A DNA stretch of 64,000 nt from Bigelowiella natans CCMP2755 (lineage: Eukaryota > Protista > Cercozoa): positions 108,181 through 172,180 of the forward strand of contig ADNK01001278.1 of the NCBI GenBank assembly GCA_000320545.1. The letters are read 5' to 3'. The translations under genes were made by a program, and so were the position numbers. Positions 1 to 13,100 of the stretch are shown piece after piece; position 1 is the stretch's first letter, and every line of letters starts with the position of its first letter. The notes under the pieces are model-generated. The model saw only the letters and a list, made by a program, of their open reading frames with translations, was not told the origin of the DNA and ran no database searches.

Positions 1-2530
1 TTTCTTCTCCGAAACTTCTTCCCTGAAGAAGACCAATTCTAGGCTTGGATGCGCAGCATCCTGGTGGAATGATTGCAGATAAGGAATTCGCAACATCAAT
101 TTGAAGCAAATGAGAAAGCGTTCAAAGATTTCCTTTCCCAATGTTCTACTGTTACAAAATAGTACTTTTGAGGGGCTGTTCTAATCTTACAACATACCCC
201 TTTCTTGGCTATCTATGTACTATTCTTACCGAATTCTCAATGATATATTGCTGGCAGCTCTTGTCCTTGAATAGTTTATTAACCCCTTTCTTTACATCAT
301 CGCATCTTTGAAAGCCGAGATCCTTAGATAAACGAAGGTTTTAGATAGAAAAGGGCTGTGGCAGAAGCCTTAAGCTTTAAAATGAGCGTTGTTTTCACAA
401 TTTTGTTAAATTTTGGTTAACAAAAACAAATATTGTCACTATCCTCCACTTTGGTTTGTTTCCCTCTCCAAAGACAATCCTGTACCTTGATGACATTGTA
501 GAAATTCTTCTCGCGATCAGCGAATCTGGCCCTGTTGGCAATCCACAAATGTAAGGGTTTGGTAGACACCGTCCTCACCAATTCGATGGTCTCGAGCAAT
601 GCCCCATATGAGTCGGCTTCGTACATACAGTCCGACATAATCAGCACATCTGCAATAATTGCAGCAGTAACGATGTTCAGATCACAACGAGCAGGAGAAT
701 ATGCAGTTGTATAAAGATGTGATAATGTCAGAAGTAGTGAAGGATAGACAACCTATCGGCATGCTATCGAGTATTTCCTGAGACAGCTTTGAACCCCATA
801 CGTACTGCGAAACCACAAGCCCCTCAGCTTTTTCCTGCTTAATTTATCCCATAAAGGCATTCGACTAAGATACTTTGGCGGATTTGAACAAAAATGTAAT
901 TGGTTAGCTTGTTGTCACCTCATTCGTGAGATTCCTATGAGCGTTGTAACGAGCTAGTTTGGTGTATTTCTCAGAACCTAATGTTAACCAATAAATGGAA
1001 AAATATACTTGGCTTGTCGATTTCTCACAATTGTCAAGGCAAAGCCTTAATTTTCATTGCCTAACCGTCTGTAATATGGACGAACGCAGCCCCTGCGATC
1101 TTGCATGCAATGCTTACCTACGATATTGGTTCATTTACTTTTATGTGTACTACGAGTAGTGTTCACCAGAAAATTAATGCACAGCCATCGCTACAATAAT
1201 CGCAGTCATCTCTGATTTTATTTGCCCTATTTTGTAATCTTTATCTGTTCTTTCTCAAACATCTTCTTCACTCAATATAATATTTTATCACCAGTCCTGT
1301 CCCGGCACCAATCTCTAAGACCCTTTTCCCTCGTACCCCTCCTGCTGGGAGAAGAGCTTCAGCCTGAGAACGACAATAATCGCATTAGACAACGTGGTGA
1401 TAATCACGATGATGATGGTGCACTTTGTAAACGTGAAATAGCCTTATGGAATTCACTAATGATTCGCTGTGAAGTATATCATGCTGATCTTTCGCTTCCA
1501 CAGATGGAATTACGGCGCAGTAACTTTATAAAGTTATTACGCACTACCTGTTCCACCATACTGTTTGCAACAACGAAAGACAGGAGAGCGCCACATCCCC
1601 ACACCGCGCCTCCTGTATCCATACGTGAGACATTGGGAGCGACAGAGTTCATCTTGTTCTTTGAGTAATCCAATAATCGCTCCTTTTCCCTGATGAGGTC
1701 TATGACCTGATCGCAAAGCTCCTGAATGCTGATGATATCTTTCTCCGATATCTCCGTCCCCATGGATATTTCAGCCGTTTCCTTCAGCTTGATCTCCAAA
1801 GTCTTTGGCAGAATATTGGAGAAGTTGACGTCCTTTGCGTTGGCGCGCATGCCCATAGCCTTGACTGCCTCGGCAAACATGAGAGTATCCGGAACTATCT
1901 TTATTATCTCAGGGAAGTGCCATCCATACCATTCCCGCATGCGCATGGCGTATGTTTTAAGATCTTTGTCAACTTTATCCAAGTTTGCTAAGTTGAGGAG
2001 GAGAGCGTTGAGTGGAGAAAACGGTGTTGATCAGAACAGAACAGAAGAGAATGCGTAGAACGGGAAAGTTCGTATGAAAGTAAATCGGAAAGGAATGTAA
2101 GGGAATGACTCAGCAGATGCACTCCACGCACGGAGGAATGACGAAAGAAAAGATTTATCTCAGTCTTATTACTGCTCTCACTGTCCTGCCCAAACTGCTG
2201 CGTGATGACCAGCTTCCTTTTGGAGGGAATCGGTAGGATAAGTGTACGAGATTCTCTATGGCGAAGAGAAGGGGAGTCCCCGGAGGAGGAATTGATGCTG
2301 CTATCGCTCATAAGCACCGTCGCCGTCCCCTCATCAATTTTCGCCATCCTCCTCCTCCTCCGTCTGATTAGCTCTCCTGACAGGTGGCGTTTTTGGTCTG
2401 CGACTTGCTGAATTATCAATAAATCCAAATTAATCAGGCTGTTTTGTTCAACGCGATGGGTGGCCTTCCGACGGAGCCTGTATTTCATTGTCGTAGGAAG
2501 AAATTGGCCTTTTGGTTGTGAAAGCGTCAT
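1..2530 (-). CDS. Chimeric multi-exon gene: NOP58-like NOSIC/coiled-coil segment fused to a Methyltransf_16 (METTL21-like) protein methyltransferase; 3' end outside window
   Basis: Exon ~1990-1548 encodes LDKVDKDLKTYAMRMREWYGWHFPE...ISMGTEISE...LCDQV...MNSVAPN (NOP58-like) and continues without a stop into DTGGAVWGCGALL. Phase-compatible GT-AG joins then give VLEIGAGTGL (1363-1292), VSIACKIAGAAFVHITDG, SEKYTKLARYN, VVSQYVWG, DVLIMSDCMYEADSYGALLETI...ANRARFADREKNFY and DLGF. These are the Methyltransf_16 motifs in the expected order. The first exon and start codon (2530, or an internal Met) are uncertain. Confidence 0.8.
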
Positions 2531-2925
2531 GAAAGCTTTGCTTCGCTTCTGACGCCCATCGCTTTTAATTTTCCAGCGTCAAGCTTAGGAGGACTCCCTT
2601 CTCTCTCTCAACCCGGAAGGGCTTGACACTTTCTCCTTTTACCCCTGTGATAGCAAATCATCCTCAAACTGTCGAGCAGCTACGCAAAGGAAAAGTAAAA
2701 CAAACGATTCTTCCTTTGATTCTTCCTCTGGCACAGATGAATCTCAGCGATTAGTTACAGAACCAAATTGAGAGCGCATAATTTGTCACGTCTTTGCTGA
2801 CGAAATATTTCGATACAAAGCAGCATACTAAACTATAAGCATTTTGTTCCTTGTGGAGGATAAAGCTTATCTCCATATTGCTGCAGGCGTTGCGAGGATA
2901 TTAGTCCTCAAGGGAGGGAGGTAGT

Positions 2926-4010
2926 ATGGACGACCTCGCGGACTTAGCCGAAGAGTTTGGGCAACGGGAAAGTCTTACCAGTCGGCTTCGGAACATCCTC
3001 TCTCTCTATCCAGAAGGGCCAGGTCAAAATCATCAAAACTGATCATTCTCAAAGCAATAGACTGCCACAATTTTCCGCGTCGTCGACACGATTTTTTACA
3101 GCTTTGCCGACTGTTCCCCATCTTCTTTGTGATCATGTCCTTCCCCATTGTCGTAACGTCCTTCCTCTTCTCGTATTCGAAGGAGTGTTATTCGAGCTAA
3201 TCCAGAACGCAGATGATGCTAAAGCAACTGAAGTGAACTTGATTCTCAACAAGGTAGTAGTAGCAGTAAAATACTGAAATCAGAGTTCTTTGAAGCTTGA
3301 GACCGAATCACCTGGTGCTCGAGCGACTTGTGTTAAAATCTCCTCCAAACTCTCATTCTGTGATTTTGACGATTTTCTATCTATTTCCCCCCGTCAGGAT
3401 TCCTATGGAACTTCGAGTTTATTTGGCCCGCAGATGGCATCATGGCAGGGGCCGGCTCTTTGTGCGCATAACAACTCAGTTTTTACTCCAAGGTAGTACT
3501 GCAAATGACGATAGCGCTGCTGTGGATGATGATTAAGATGATGATGATGATAGTGATGATGATGATAGTAGTGATGATAATGGTTATCTGTAAAATATGA
3601 ACATGAAACAAGAACATCGTGTTCTGCTGATCTTATGTGTACCGTTATCGTTTTCATTCTTCTCAGGGACTTCGAGGCGTTGAGCCGCATAGGGCAAGGC
3701 AGCAAGCTGGAGAAAATCAATGCTACGGGAAGGTTTGGTCTAGGGTTCAACGCCACGTACCACTTTACAGATATACCAAGCTTTGTGAGCGCAGACAAAA
3801 TTGTGTTTTTTGACCCGCATGCCAAGTATGTCCCCGGCGCGACGGGTAATAAATAATAGACGGCTGTGAGTTGAGAAGATATATTTGATGTATGGTGATG
3901 GAACAATCATAAGAACTTGTGAATTACTGAACACCACTAATGTGGTGATCATATAAAGCATAGAAACTCAACGCTGTGCTTGTATATATTTTATGTATGC
4001 GAGCATGTAA

Positions 4011-4057
<47 letters not shown>

Positions 4058-4145
4058 TATCTACATAATATATATAGTTTTACATATAATCTCTACATCC
4101 AGTATTTATGTATGTAACTACGAATACGCAGTATCATATGCATGT

Positions 4146-4179
<34 letters not shown>

Positions 4180-7100
4180 GTGTGTATGCTCGATTGTATT
4201 CAATTTTTAAAGATCGTCGTCCTTCAATTCCATCGACAATATAACCATTAGAACGTTCTCCCGGCATCAAAATACCAATTTCTGCTCTGAGCAAGAAGCA
4301 CGATAAATATGCGGATCAGCTCGCACCATACAGCCTCATGGGATGCAATTTGACTGCGGCGACGCGCTATGAAGGAACGCTATTCCGTTTTCCTTTGCGA
4401 ACAGAAACCACGGCTGAACGGAGCGAGATAAAGCCTAAGGTCTCGTTGATAATTCGGCTGATCATTGCGCCTTACTTTTCTCCAACGATAACGGCTGATG
4501 CTGCTTTATTTCTTTTTCTGCTATTGTTTCCATAAGCTAACCTCTTCATTGTTCTTCACGCTTCACGTTACTATCCTATTAGGTTTTGAGCGTGGATGAC
4601 GTGATGTGTCTGTTCGAGTTGTATCGGCGTGTGGCATCTCAGTCGATTCTCTTCCTGCGACACATAACGAAGATTAGCGTCCACGTTCATGCCAAGGGCC
4701 GGACGACAACGCTCTACACAGTCGAGCTCAAGGACAAGGCGCAACGAAGGAACGCTGTGTGGCACCAAATGAATCGTAAATTTGCCAAGGAAGCAGAAAA
4801 GCACGGCCTAACACTTGCGAAGAAGGGGGCCTTCTATGAGCAGCTCAAGCGGTTCTCTGAGGAGGACCTGCCGCAAGGAGAACAGCGACTACGTGTACGC
4901 TTCACAGAACATGACAGGCTCTCATACACGGTACGAACTAGTAGCAACAACAGCACAACAGCGGCAGATTTTAGATGTTGTTTACGTAAGAATGATGTCG
5001 AAAAGGAAAAGAGGAGGAGGAGGAAGGAAGGAATGTATAATAGGATGAAGCAGGAGAAGAATGTATTATTATCATTGCAACTGGGAATGGTGATGATACA
5101 TGATATACCGTGAATCATCTCTAACAGTAGTGTTCATCATCGGTAAAACTTAAACAGGTTTCGCTCCCCACAACATCCTCATGGTTAGACTCGGTTGTCT
5201 TGCAAGAAAACGTCGTTATCGCTCTCAAGGATGGGTACCATCCTGTCGTTGCGCAGAAGGAGGCAGCAGGAGTAAATGATGAGAAAACTGACGAGAAAAC
5301 TGACGACAACAGCGAAAGTGATGAGAAGAAGAAAGCTGAGAAAGATGAGCATGTTGCTGGAATAATGAATAGTACCAAGAACATCCTCATCGCTTCGCAG
5401 ATTATGGCGATCAATGGCGAGCCCGTCTCTAGTCATACGGAGCTCAAGCAACGCGCAAAGCAAATTAGGGATAGTAGTAGTTCTTCAACTTCGACAACAC
5501 TCTCACTGTCACTCTGCATCTCACGAGAGGCACCAATGGCAGAAAAAAGGTTGGTTGATAACGGCAACGACGATAACAAGACAGGGAGGGGAGAATCCTC
5601 GATAGTTACTACGAATACATCAACTTGCACCGAGGAAACTTACCTTGTGTATGAGGCTCTGGGGGGTAAGAGAGCGAGAGAAATGGCACTAGATCCTTCC
5701 CGTCGCCACCTCAAATTGCTTCCTTGGGCGGGTGTTGCAGCACTCATATCACGACGACGCACAGAGATAGATGATGAGAACGAATCGTCCTCGTCATCGT
5801 CGTCTTCCTCATCGGGAAGAAGCCTTTCGGCGACTGAAGGCCGAGCTTTCTGCTTTCTGCCACTACCGTGCTTTACTGGCCTCTCAGCGCATGTGAACGG
5901 GTAGTATATTTAGTGGTAGTAGTAGTAGTAGTAGTATTAGTAGCAGCAGCGGCAGTCGAAACAAATAGTAGTAGTGATAGTAGTAATAGTATTTGTATTA
6001 GCAGTCATTAGATACACATATCACCAGCCAGTTACACAACGACGTTCCGCTCTCATTCGTCCTTTATTCTCTAATCCGTTTCTCTACTACTCTGCTTCCC
6101 CTCCTCTCCTTGTTGTTTGCCATGACCGTTTTGCAAAAAATCCACAATGAACAACACCAACCACAAACCACCCTCAAGATACTTCGAGCTGTCGGCCAAT
6201 CGTCGCGACATCTGGTGGGGCTCGGATATGAGTGGTGACGGGGCTCTTAGGTCGCAATGGAACCGGGTCATCCTTGAGGATGTAGTCGCCCCGTGCTATG
6301 CTAGGATGATTCATCTTGCAGCCAAGGAAATCAGCAACAGTGATAGCAGCGATGATGGTGGTGATAAGGGGATGATGGTGGTGCAAAAGAAGGAAAGTAA
6401 TGATGATGATGATTTCTCCTTATTGTCTTCGTCCTACTCCTTGTGGCCGCGAAAGTGGGCGTCGGAGGCGTGGGAAGTGACGCTGAGACGCGTCTACATC
6501 GAACTCTGCCAGCTACCGGTGCTTAGGAGCAGGTAAACACATGCATGCGCACACACGACGCGAGTGTGTGTATCTTAAATATTAATATCTTGATGGTGAT
6601 GATGCAGGTTCACGAATCAATGGGTACAGCCTACATCATGCGTGCTAGTTAACAGCGCGGACAAAACGCAGCTTACAGTCGCAGAGATCCTCGCACTTCA
6701 GTGTCGAGCAAACGAAGGGCATGATCTCGTCGAAGTTCCTCCGACGATTTTCACCCACCTGTCTTCGACGGAGAAAGTCACAACGCTTACGTCGCCTCTG
6801 GTACGCAGATGGATGAAGGCAGCGGTTTCCCGTCTTCTAGTTGGAAAGGATTACGGTAAGAAGAAGATCTAATCCTGAACATCCTCTCTTCCTTCTCGTT
6901 GTCCTTTGTTGCGTACATAGATAAATAAATGATATATGTGCTGATGATGGCGCTCGTACTGACGCTGGTGCTACTATATAGGGCCTCGACTGGGTAATTT
7001 ACAGAGGTTCAAAATCGAGTGGAAGAAAGGAATTGCACTTCTTGACTTCTGCTGCTCTGACCTCCATCTTAACGACTCTTCTGCTGCTCCTCCTTCTCGG

Positions 7101-10100
7101 GTGATGATTGGGGTAGATAATACTCACCACCACCAGCAGCAGCAGCAGCAGCGTAGTCACCACTACAGTACTAATCAGCACTATAATTACGAGCAGCATG
7201 GTTTGCAACCTGCTTCATCACTCCAGAAGACCTTGATGGGCTTGCCGCTGATGCCGTTGCAAGATGGAACCTTCGCGCTTCTAAGTGAGCAGAAAGACAG
7301 GGAGAAGGAGGAGGAGGAGGAAAGGGAGGGAGCAGCATCGTCATCATCTCTCGCGACCGCACGAGCAAGCATTCGACAACGGGTGTATCTACCCTCCGAG
7401 GAGGAGCGCCGGCTATTCATTCGTTCTCCCCTGGTTGCGCCGCTGCTGCTCTCTGCACAAACAAGTCTGCCTCCAAAGATCTATAAACTTCTAACAGCTC
7501 TTGCCGACGATGATGGCCACAACATTAATAACAACGTGAGGCGATTGGGGGGGATGGAGGCCGTCTACTTCGCCTGTCTCGCGCTGCCAAAGGAGTGGGA
7601 GGGCCAGGATCGGGTTGAGGCTCCCTGGAAGAAACAGATAAAGAACAAAAGGAAGAACGAGAAGACAGAAGAGGAAGGGGAAGCGCAGGATGGAGGGACA
7701 AAGCTGGTGGTGGTGGAAACTGATAGCAAAAAGTTCAGTAGCAGTAGTATTGACGTCGACCGTACGTGGCTCCAGAAAGTCTGGCGATACTGGGCTATTG
7801 CCGGCTTGGAGAGGAGGAGGAAGAAGAAGAAGAAGATTCTTGCCAAGATGCCATTGGAGGAGAAAAAGCAAGGACGAGTTGAGAAAAAAGAGGAAGGAGA
7901 AGATGAAGAAGAAGAAAAGTGGGATTCGGTGGAGAGTAGAAGCGCATTGTCATGGCTTAAATACGCACAATATCCACTGGTGCCGACGGTCGATGGAGAC
8001 ATGTGGAGATGCGACGCTGCCAAGCAGTTGCTGCTTCCTCAAGGCCTGAATGCCCCCATGATGTCGCTTTTGAGGAAGATCGGTGTTGCGTGCGTAGATC
8101 TCGATATCATTGGCGGTGGCAACACCCACAGCAGCTTCACAGCCTCTTCGTCATTCACGACATCATCATCGGTGTCGGCGCGTCCTGTTGTACCGACAGC
8201 ACCACCACTACTGGAACGACTTGCAAAACTAGGTATCGCAGCACTTCCAGAGCCAGGAAACGTACTAGACGCCATCCATAGTAGCAGCAGCAGCAGCAGC
8301 CGTAGAGGTGGTAGTAGCAATAACAGTAATGGTAGTAGTAGTATGGGCAATAAGCTGATAGGAGGAGGAGGAGAAGAAGAACTAGGGTATTTTTCCAGAA
8401 TGTTCAATGATTGCAAGGTGAGCGATCTCGAACGTCAAGCTCTACGACAGCACGTGTGCACAAACGCACTGCGCGGAGGATCAGGAGGGAAAGGTGGCGA
8501 CGACAAAAAGGGAAGTAGCTACGGCAGCAGCAGAACGTTATCATTCGGTGACAAGAAACACGAGAAGATCCTTAAGAAATTGCCTATTTTTCAATGCTAT
8601 GTTACCCCTGCTGATGATAGGATGCACAACGGTGCGGCAGCAGTAGGAGTTTATGGGAAGGAGGAGGTGGAGACAAAGCAGGTTGCCTTCAGGAGTTTGG
8701 AGACAACGAAATACCTGCCACCCGCTGGTGTGATGAAAGAGCTACTGCAAGAAGATTTTGTTATGAACGTGCTTCCCATGGATCAGGTCTTTCTCCTCCT
8801 CCTCCTCCTCCTCCTCCTCCTCCTCCTTCTACTCCCCTCACGTTCCTCTCAATAGTAATACATTCTCCCATTATTGCTTCATCTTAAAAAGAAATCCTCT
8901 TCCTACTCTATATCAGGTGCTGGTGGAGTCGCTCGGTGTTCGGCGGATGGGTGAGGTCGAATTCTACCGAAAGTACGTCGTGGAGCGCTTCGATCATCTT
9001 GACCCTTCCACTCGGAAGCGAGCGACCTTGAAGTTGCTTTCCAATCTATCGCGGCTGGTTCTGCTGCCAGGAGGCCCCGCCCTGAGGGAGCGCCTCAAGG
9101 TCGTGCGGTTTCTCACCAATGCCAAAAACGAGAGCAAGCTCGTGACCGATCTCTACGATCCAGAGGTACTACTGTTTCATCTACACAGTTGTGCGGTTTC
9201 ATGGAGAGCTCCATGAGGCTGTGTTGTTGCTTCCCATTATCATCGTCGCCAATGCCTATTATCCCTCCTTGCGTCTGCTGTTGTTGTCGTTGGTAGGTGG
9301 CTTTGCTGCGATCGGTGCTAGCGTCCTCGTCCTGGTTTCCTACTGGTGCTTTCGCTACCAGGGAGGTCCTTGTGACGTTGCGAGACCTTGGACTACGGAC
9401 GTCGCTTGACCGCCATGCTGTTCTCGTGTGTGCCACTCATATTGCTGCTGCTGCTGCTGCTGCTACAAACCACCAGTACCCGCAGCAACAGAAGCACAAT
9501 GATGACGACATGATGACAGGGGAGCGGAAGAAGACGAAGGAGGAGGATAAGGAAGATGGGGAGAAGGCTGCACTGGGGCTCTCGAATCGGCTTCTACGCG
9601 CTGTCGACATCCATATAGATAAGCTTATCTCCGAGAAGGATCCTGCTTCTCCATCAACGCCATCGTCTTCGTCGTTGTCGTTCTCTGAATGGAGGAAAAA
9701 GCTGGTCACACTGCCATGGTTACCAGTATTCAAACGACGCCCTGTTAAAGGCCTACCTTGGCCTCCCCTTGCCTTCCACATCGACGACGACGACGACGGC
9801 AAAGCCTTCGATGATGGAAAAGGCCACAGCACAAGTCAACCGCTTTCGAGTATCGGAAAAGCTTGCTTGGCTAGTGCGAAATTCACCCGACCAATGTCTG
9901 ATCAGTGGCTCGTATCGGTTTCAATGCACATCCTGGATGCTGAGGTACGCAGTGAGAAGCTGAGGGCCATCTTTGGCTTTGATCAGCCGGTTCCTGCTAC
10001 GGTAAGTATTTATGTACTCGTGTAGTACACCTTATATATTTCTCGCTATTATTCATCACTAATTCGTACTCAATCATCGTCGTCATCTCTATAGTTCTTA

Positions 10101-10108
10101 CATCAATC

Positions 10109-10146
<38 letters not shown>

Positions 10147-13100
10147 CCCTACAAAAGGCATTGGTGACCCAGCTACAAGCTTTCAGCCAAATAGTAACGT
10201 CGTCGTCGTCGTCGTCATCGTCATCACCCTCCTCACCCTCCTCCTTGCCGTCGCGGGATGAGAACGATAGCGACAGGATGAATGTGAAACGGATCAATAA
10301 TAAAACCAATAACACGGAGGAGTACAAGGTACTAGATCGTGTTCCTTCTCCCCATTACTCATTGATTAGCATTATTCACTACCGCACGAATGCACACAAC
10401 GCTGCTGCTGCTGCTGCCGCTCGTTACCGGATTTAATTCCGACAATATGTGCAACTTCATTCCCAGCAAGCAGCCCACAGTTCTTACGAAATTCTTTCAT
10501 CCTCAGGCATTGTGTGAGGCGTTAGTAGTGCAGCTACCACGTTTATACGAGGCCCTCTGTAAGCATCTTCTCATGAGTGATGCTCCTGTAGCTGAACCTG
10601 ATGTGGAGAAGGCTGGTGCTTCTCTTCCGCCTCGTCCTCCCCCTCCTTACAATGTGAGAGACTTGATCGTGTCGCGGCTGGGTTCTAGCGCCTCCGTATG
10701 GCTAGGCGAAGAGCACTTCGTGTCTCCATCGTGTGTGGCTCTCTCCGTGGCTCTCAATGCGCAACCGTATGTTTACGATGATGCTGACGATGGCAATTAC
10801 ACATTGATGAGGATGACGATGATGATGATGATGATGATGACGATAGTAGGTATGATAGTATTCGGTATTTTAGATCCTACTCTTGCATCGCAACTGCTTC
10901 CACGTCTAGAAACCAACGATTTGTATCGAATTTGAGCCATTATCATCATCATCCGTGTAGGTACTTGTATGGCGCTCCGGTATCCATGCGGAGCTTCCGA
11001 CCACTACTTAAGGCGATCGGAGTGCGAGACTCATTTAGTGCCGTCGACTATGCGGAAGTGTTGGATATCATGCAAAAGGAGCACGGCGGGCGCTCGCTGC
11101 CTGACAAGCGTGCAGAACTCGCGATGGAAATTGCGAGGCATCTGTAATGAATGATAATGATGATGATGACGGTGCATGATTGAACTTTCTTTCCCTAAGC
11201 GATAACGTGATGTCGATGATGATCGGGTATATTATTTGAAACACCACCACTGCCATCTGGTTGCAGGTACGATCACGCATCATCTCTGGGAAACCCACCG
11301 TACCTTCCTTCGGAGGCGAACGTTCTAATGCTGGCAACAACTATGTACTACAACGACGCTCCTTGGCTGCGCGATGGCAACGATCAAAGCCAGCAGCAGC
11401 AGCAGCAGCAGCAAAAGCAACGAGTCGTCGTCAACCCAAAGCTTTCCCATGCTGTAGCCGCTCGGTTGGGCGTTAAGTCGCTAAGATCGGAGCTTCTCAG
11501 CACAAACGCGAGCGGCCTTAACGAGCATCTGGGGCTGAAAATGAGCTCCGAAGCTTTCGGACAAAGGGAGAATTTGACACAGCGGTTGAAGAACATCTTG
11601 TTGCTGTATGCGGAGGGTCCCGGCACATTGTTCGAGTTTGTGCAGAACGCAGATGATGCAGGGGCAAGCAAGGTCGTCTTCCTGCTCGACCTAAAAACAC
11701 ATGGCCAAAAGGCGCTCATTGCGTCTAAAATGCGCCACGCTCAGGTATGATCACTGCTGCTGCTCTAATATCTACCGAGGAGAGAGAGGGAGGGGGGGGG
11801 GAAAGAAAAGGGATTGAGGGGAGAGAGAAATGACAGTTTTTGATTAAGTGCATTCTAAATTTACTATCACCTTACAAGGGCCCGGCTTTATGCGTGTACA
11901 ATGACTCGATGTTCACACCGCGCGATTTGATCGCAATCTCGCGCATCGGACAAGGCAGCAAGCTCACGAATATGGGCAAGACCGGCCGTTTTGGACTCGG
12001 CTTCAACAGTTGCTACCATTTTACGGATATTCCCAGTTTCGTCTCAGGCACATCGTTGGTCATATTTGATCCGCACCTAGACTACCTTCCAGGGGCTAAT
12101 GCAAGCGACCCAGGACTCCTTGTCAAGTTTGGGGAGAATCGTCCGGATATCCGCCGGGCATTTCCGCACCAGTTTGAGCCGTATCTGCTTTTTGGCTGCG
12201 ACCTCAAATCAGAGTGCGTATGCGCGCTCATTTGTAGTAATGATATGCGCGATCGTTGTTTTGGTTTTTCAAGTGTTGTTCTTCTTTGTCACTCGTTTCC
12301 CTTTCCTCCTCCTTATCCTCCTCCTCTTCACTCTCCCTCCCTACCCAGTGAATGGTCTCATCATTTTCCAATCTTCCCCTCCCTCCCCGTCCTTCATTAT
12401 TTTTAGTTTCAAGGGCACGTTGTTTCGGTTTCCGCTGCGCTCGTCGGAGATGGCCGCTAAAAGCAACATAAAATCCATCGAATGCACGCCAGCTAGCATT
12501 CTTGACCTCTTCCGTACCTTTGAGGAACCGGCGCGCATGTGTCTGCTTTTCCTTCGTCACGTTGTACGGCTTGAGGTGAAGGTCCGGTTAGAAACCGGCC
12601 AGATCGTGGACCTCTTTGATGTGTGCTTGGAGGATGCAACACAACGAAAGAGGGGCGTGTGGCATCGAGTGGCACGGCAGGTAGTAGAGAGACCGAAGAG
12701 CGCCAATTCTAGTCTATGAAGAGTCGTTAAACAAGCGAGAGAGAGGGGGAGAGAGGACAGAGAGGGAAGGAACACGAGGAAGAGCAAAGGTTGGGAGGCT
12801 ACGAGTTGTGACATGGACGCAGCTCGCAGCAGCAAAGCTCACAATTTTATGTAGCATGATCTCAATTGTCTTATACATACTCACAAACAAATCGCATCAT
12901 CACAGATTGGCGTAGGTGGGGTTTCGAAGCGAGAATTCTTCCAGAAAATGGGCGTGATGGAGGCGAAGAAGCTACCAGGCGGGGCACAAGAGCTTAACGT
13001 GAAAACGACCATTTACAACAGCGAGTACCCTAACCCTGAAGGAGAAAGTCATGATGAAAAGGACGGTAAGGAAACAGGGAAAGCAGCAGCAGCAACAGAG

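Noticed and set aside
1409-1487. Plus-strand ATGATGA...CTGA resembling a box C/D snoRNA
   Set aside because: It is antisense to the host intron, box C is part of a GAT run, and there is no convincing terminal stem or recognisable guide.
1521-1536. Perfect 16-bp palindrome taactttataaagtta in an intron
   Set aside because: AT-rich, isolated, with no second copy or associated feature. Compatible with chance.
1479-1982. Calling this ORF a bona fide NOP58 gene
   Set aside because: Similarity ends at APN. There is no Nop RNA-binding domain downstream and no NOP58 N-domain upstream, and the frame continues into methyltransferase sequence.
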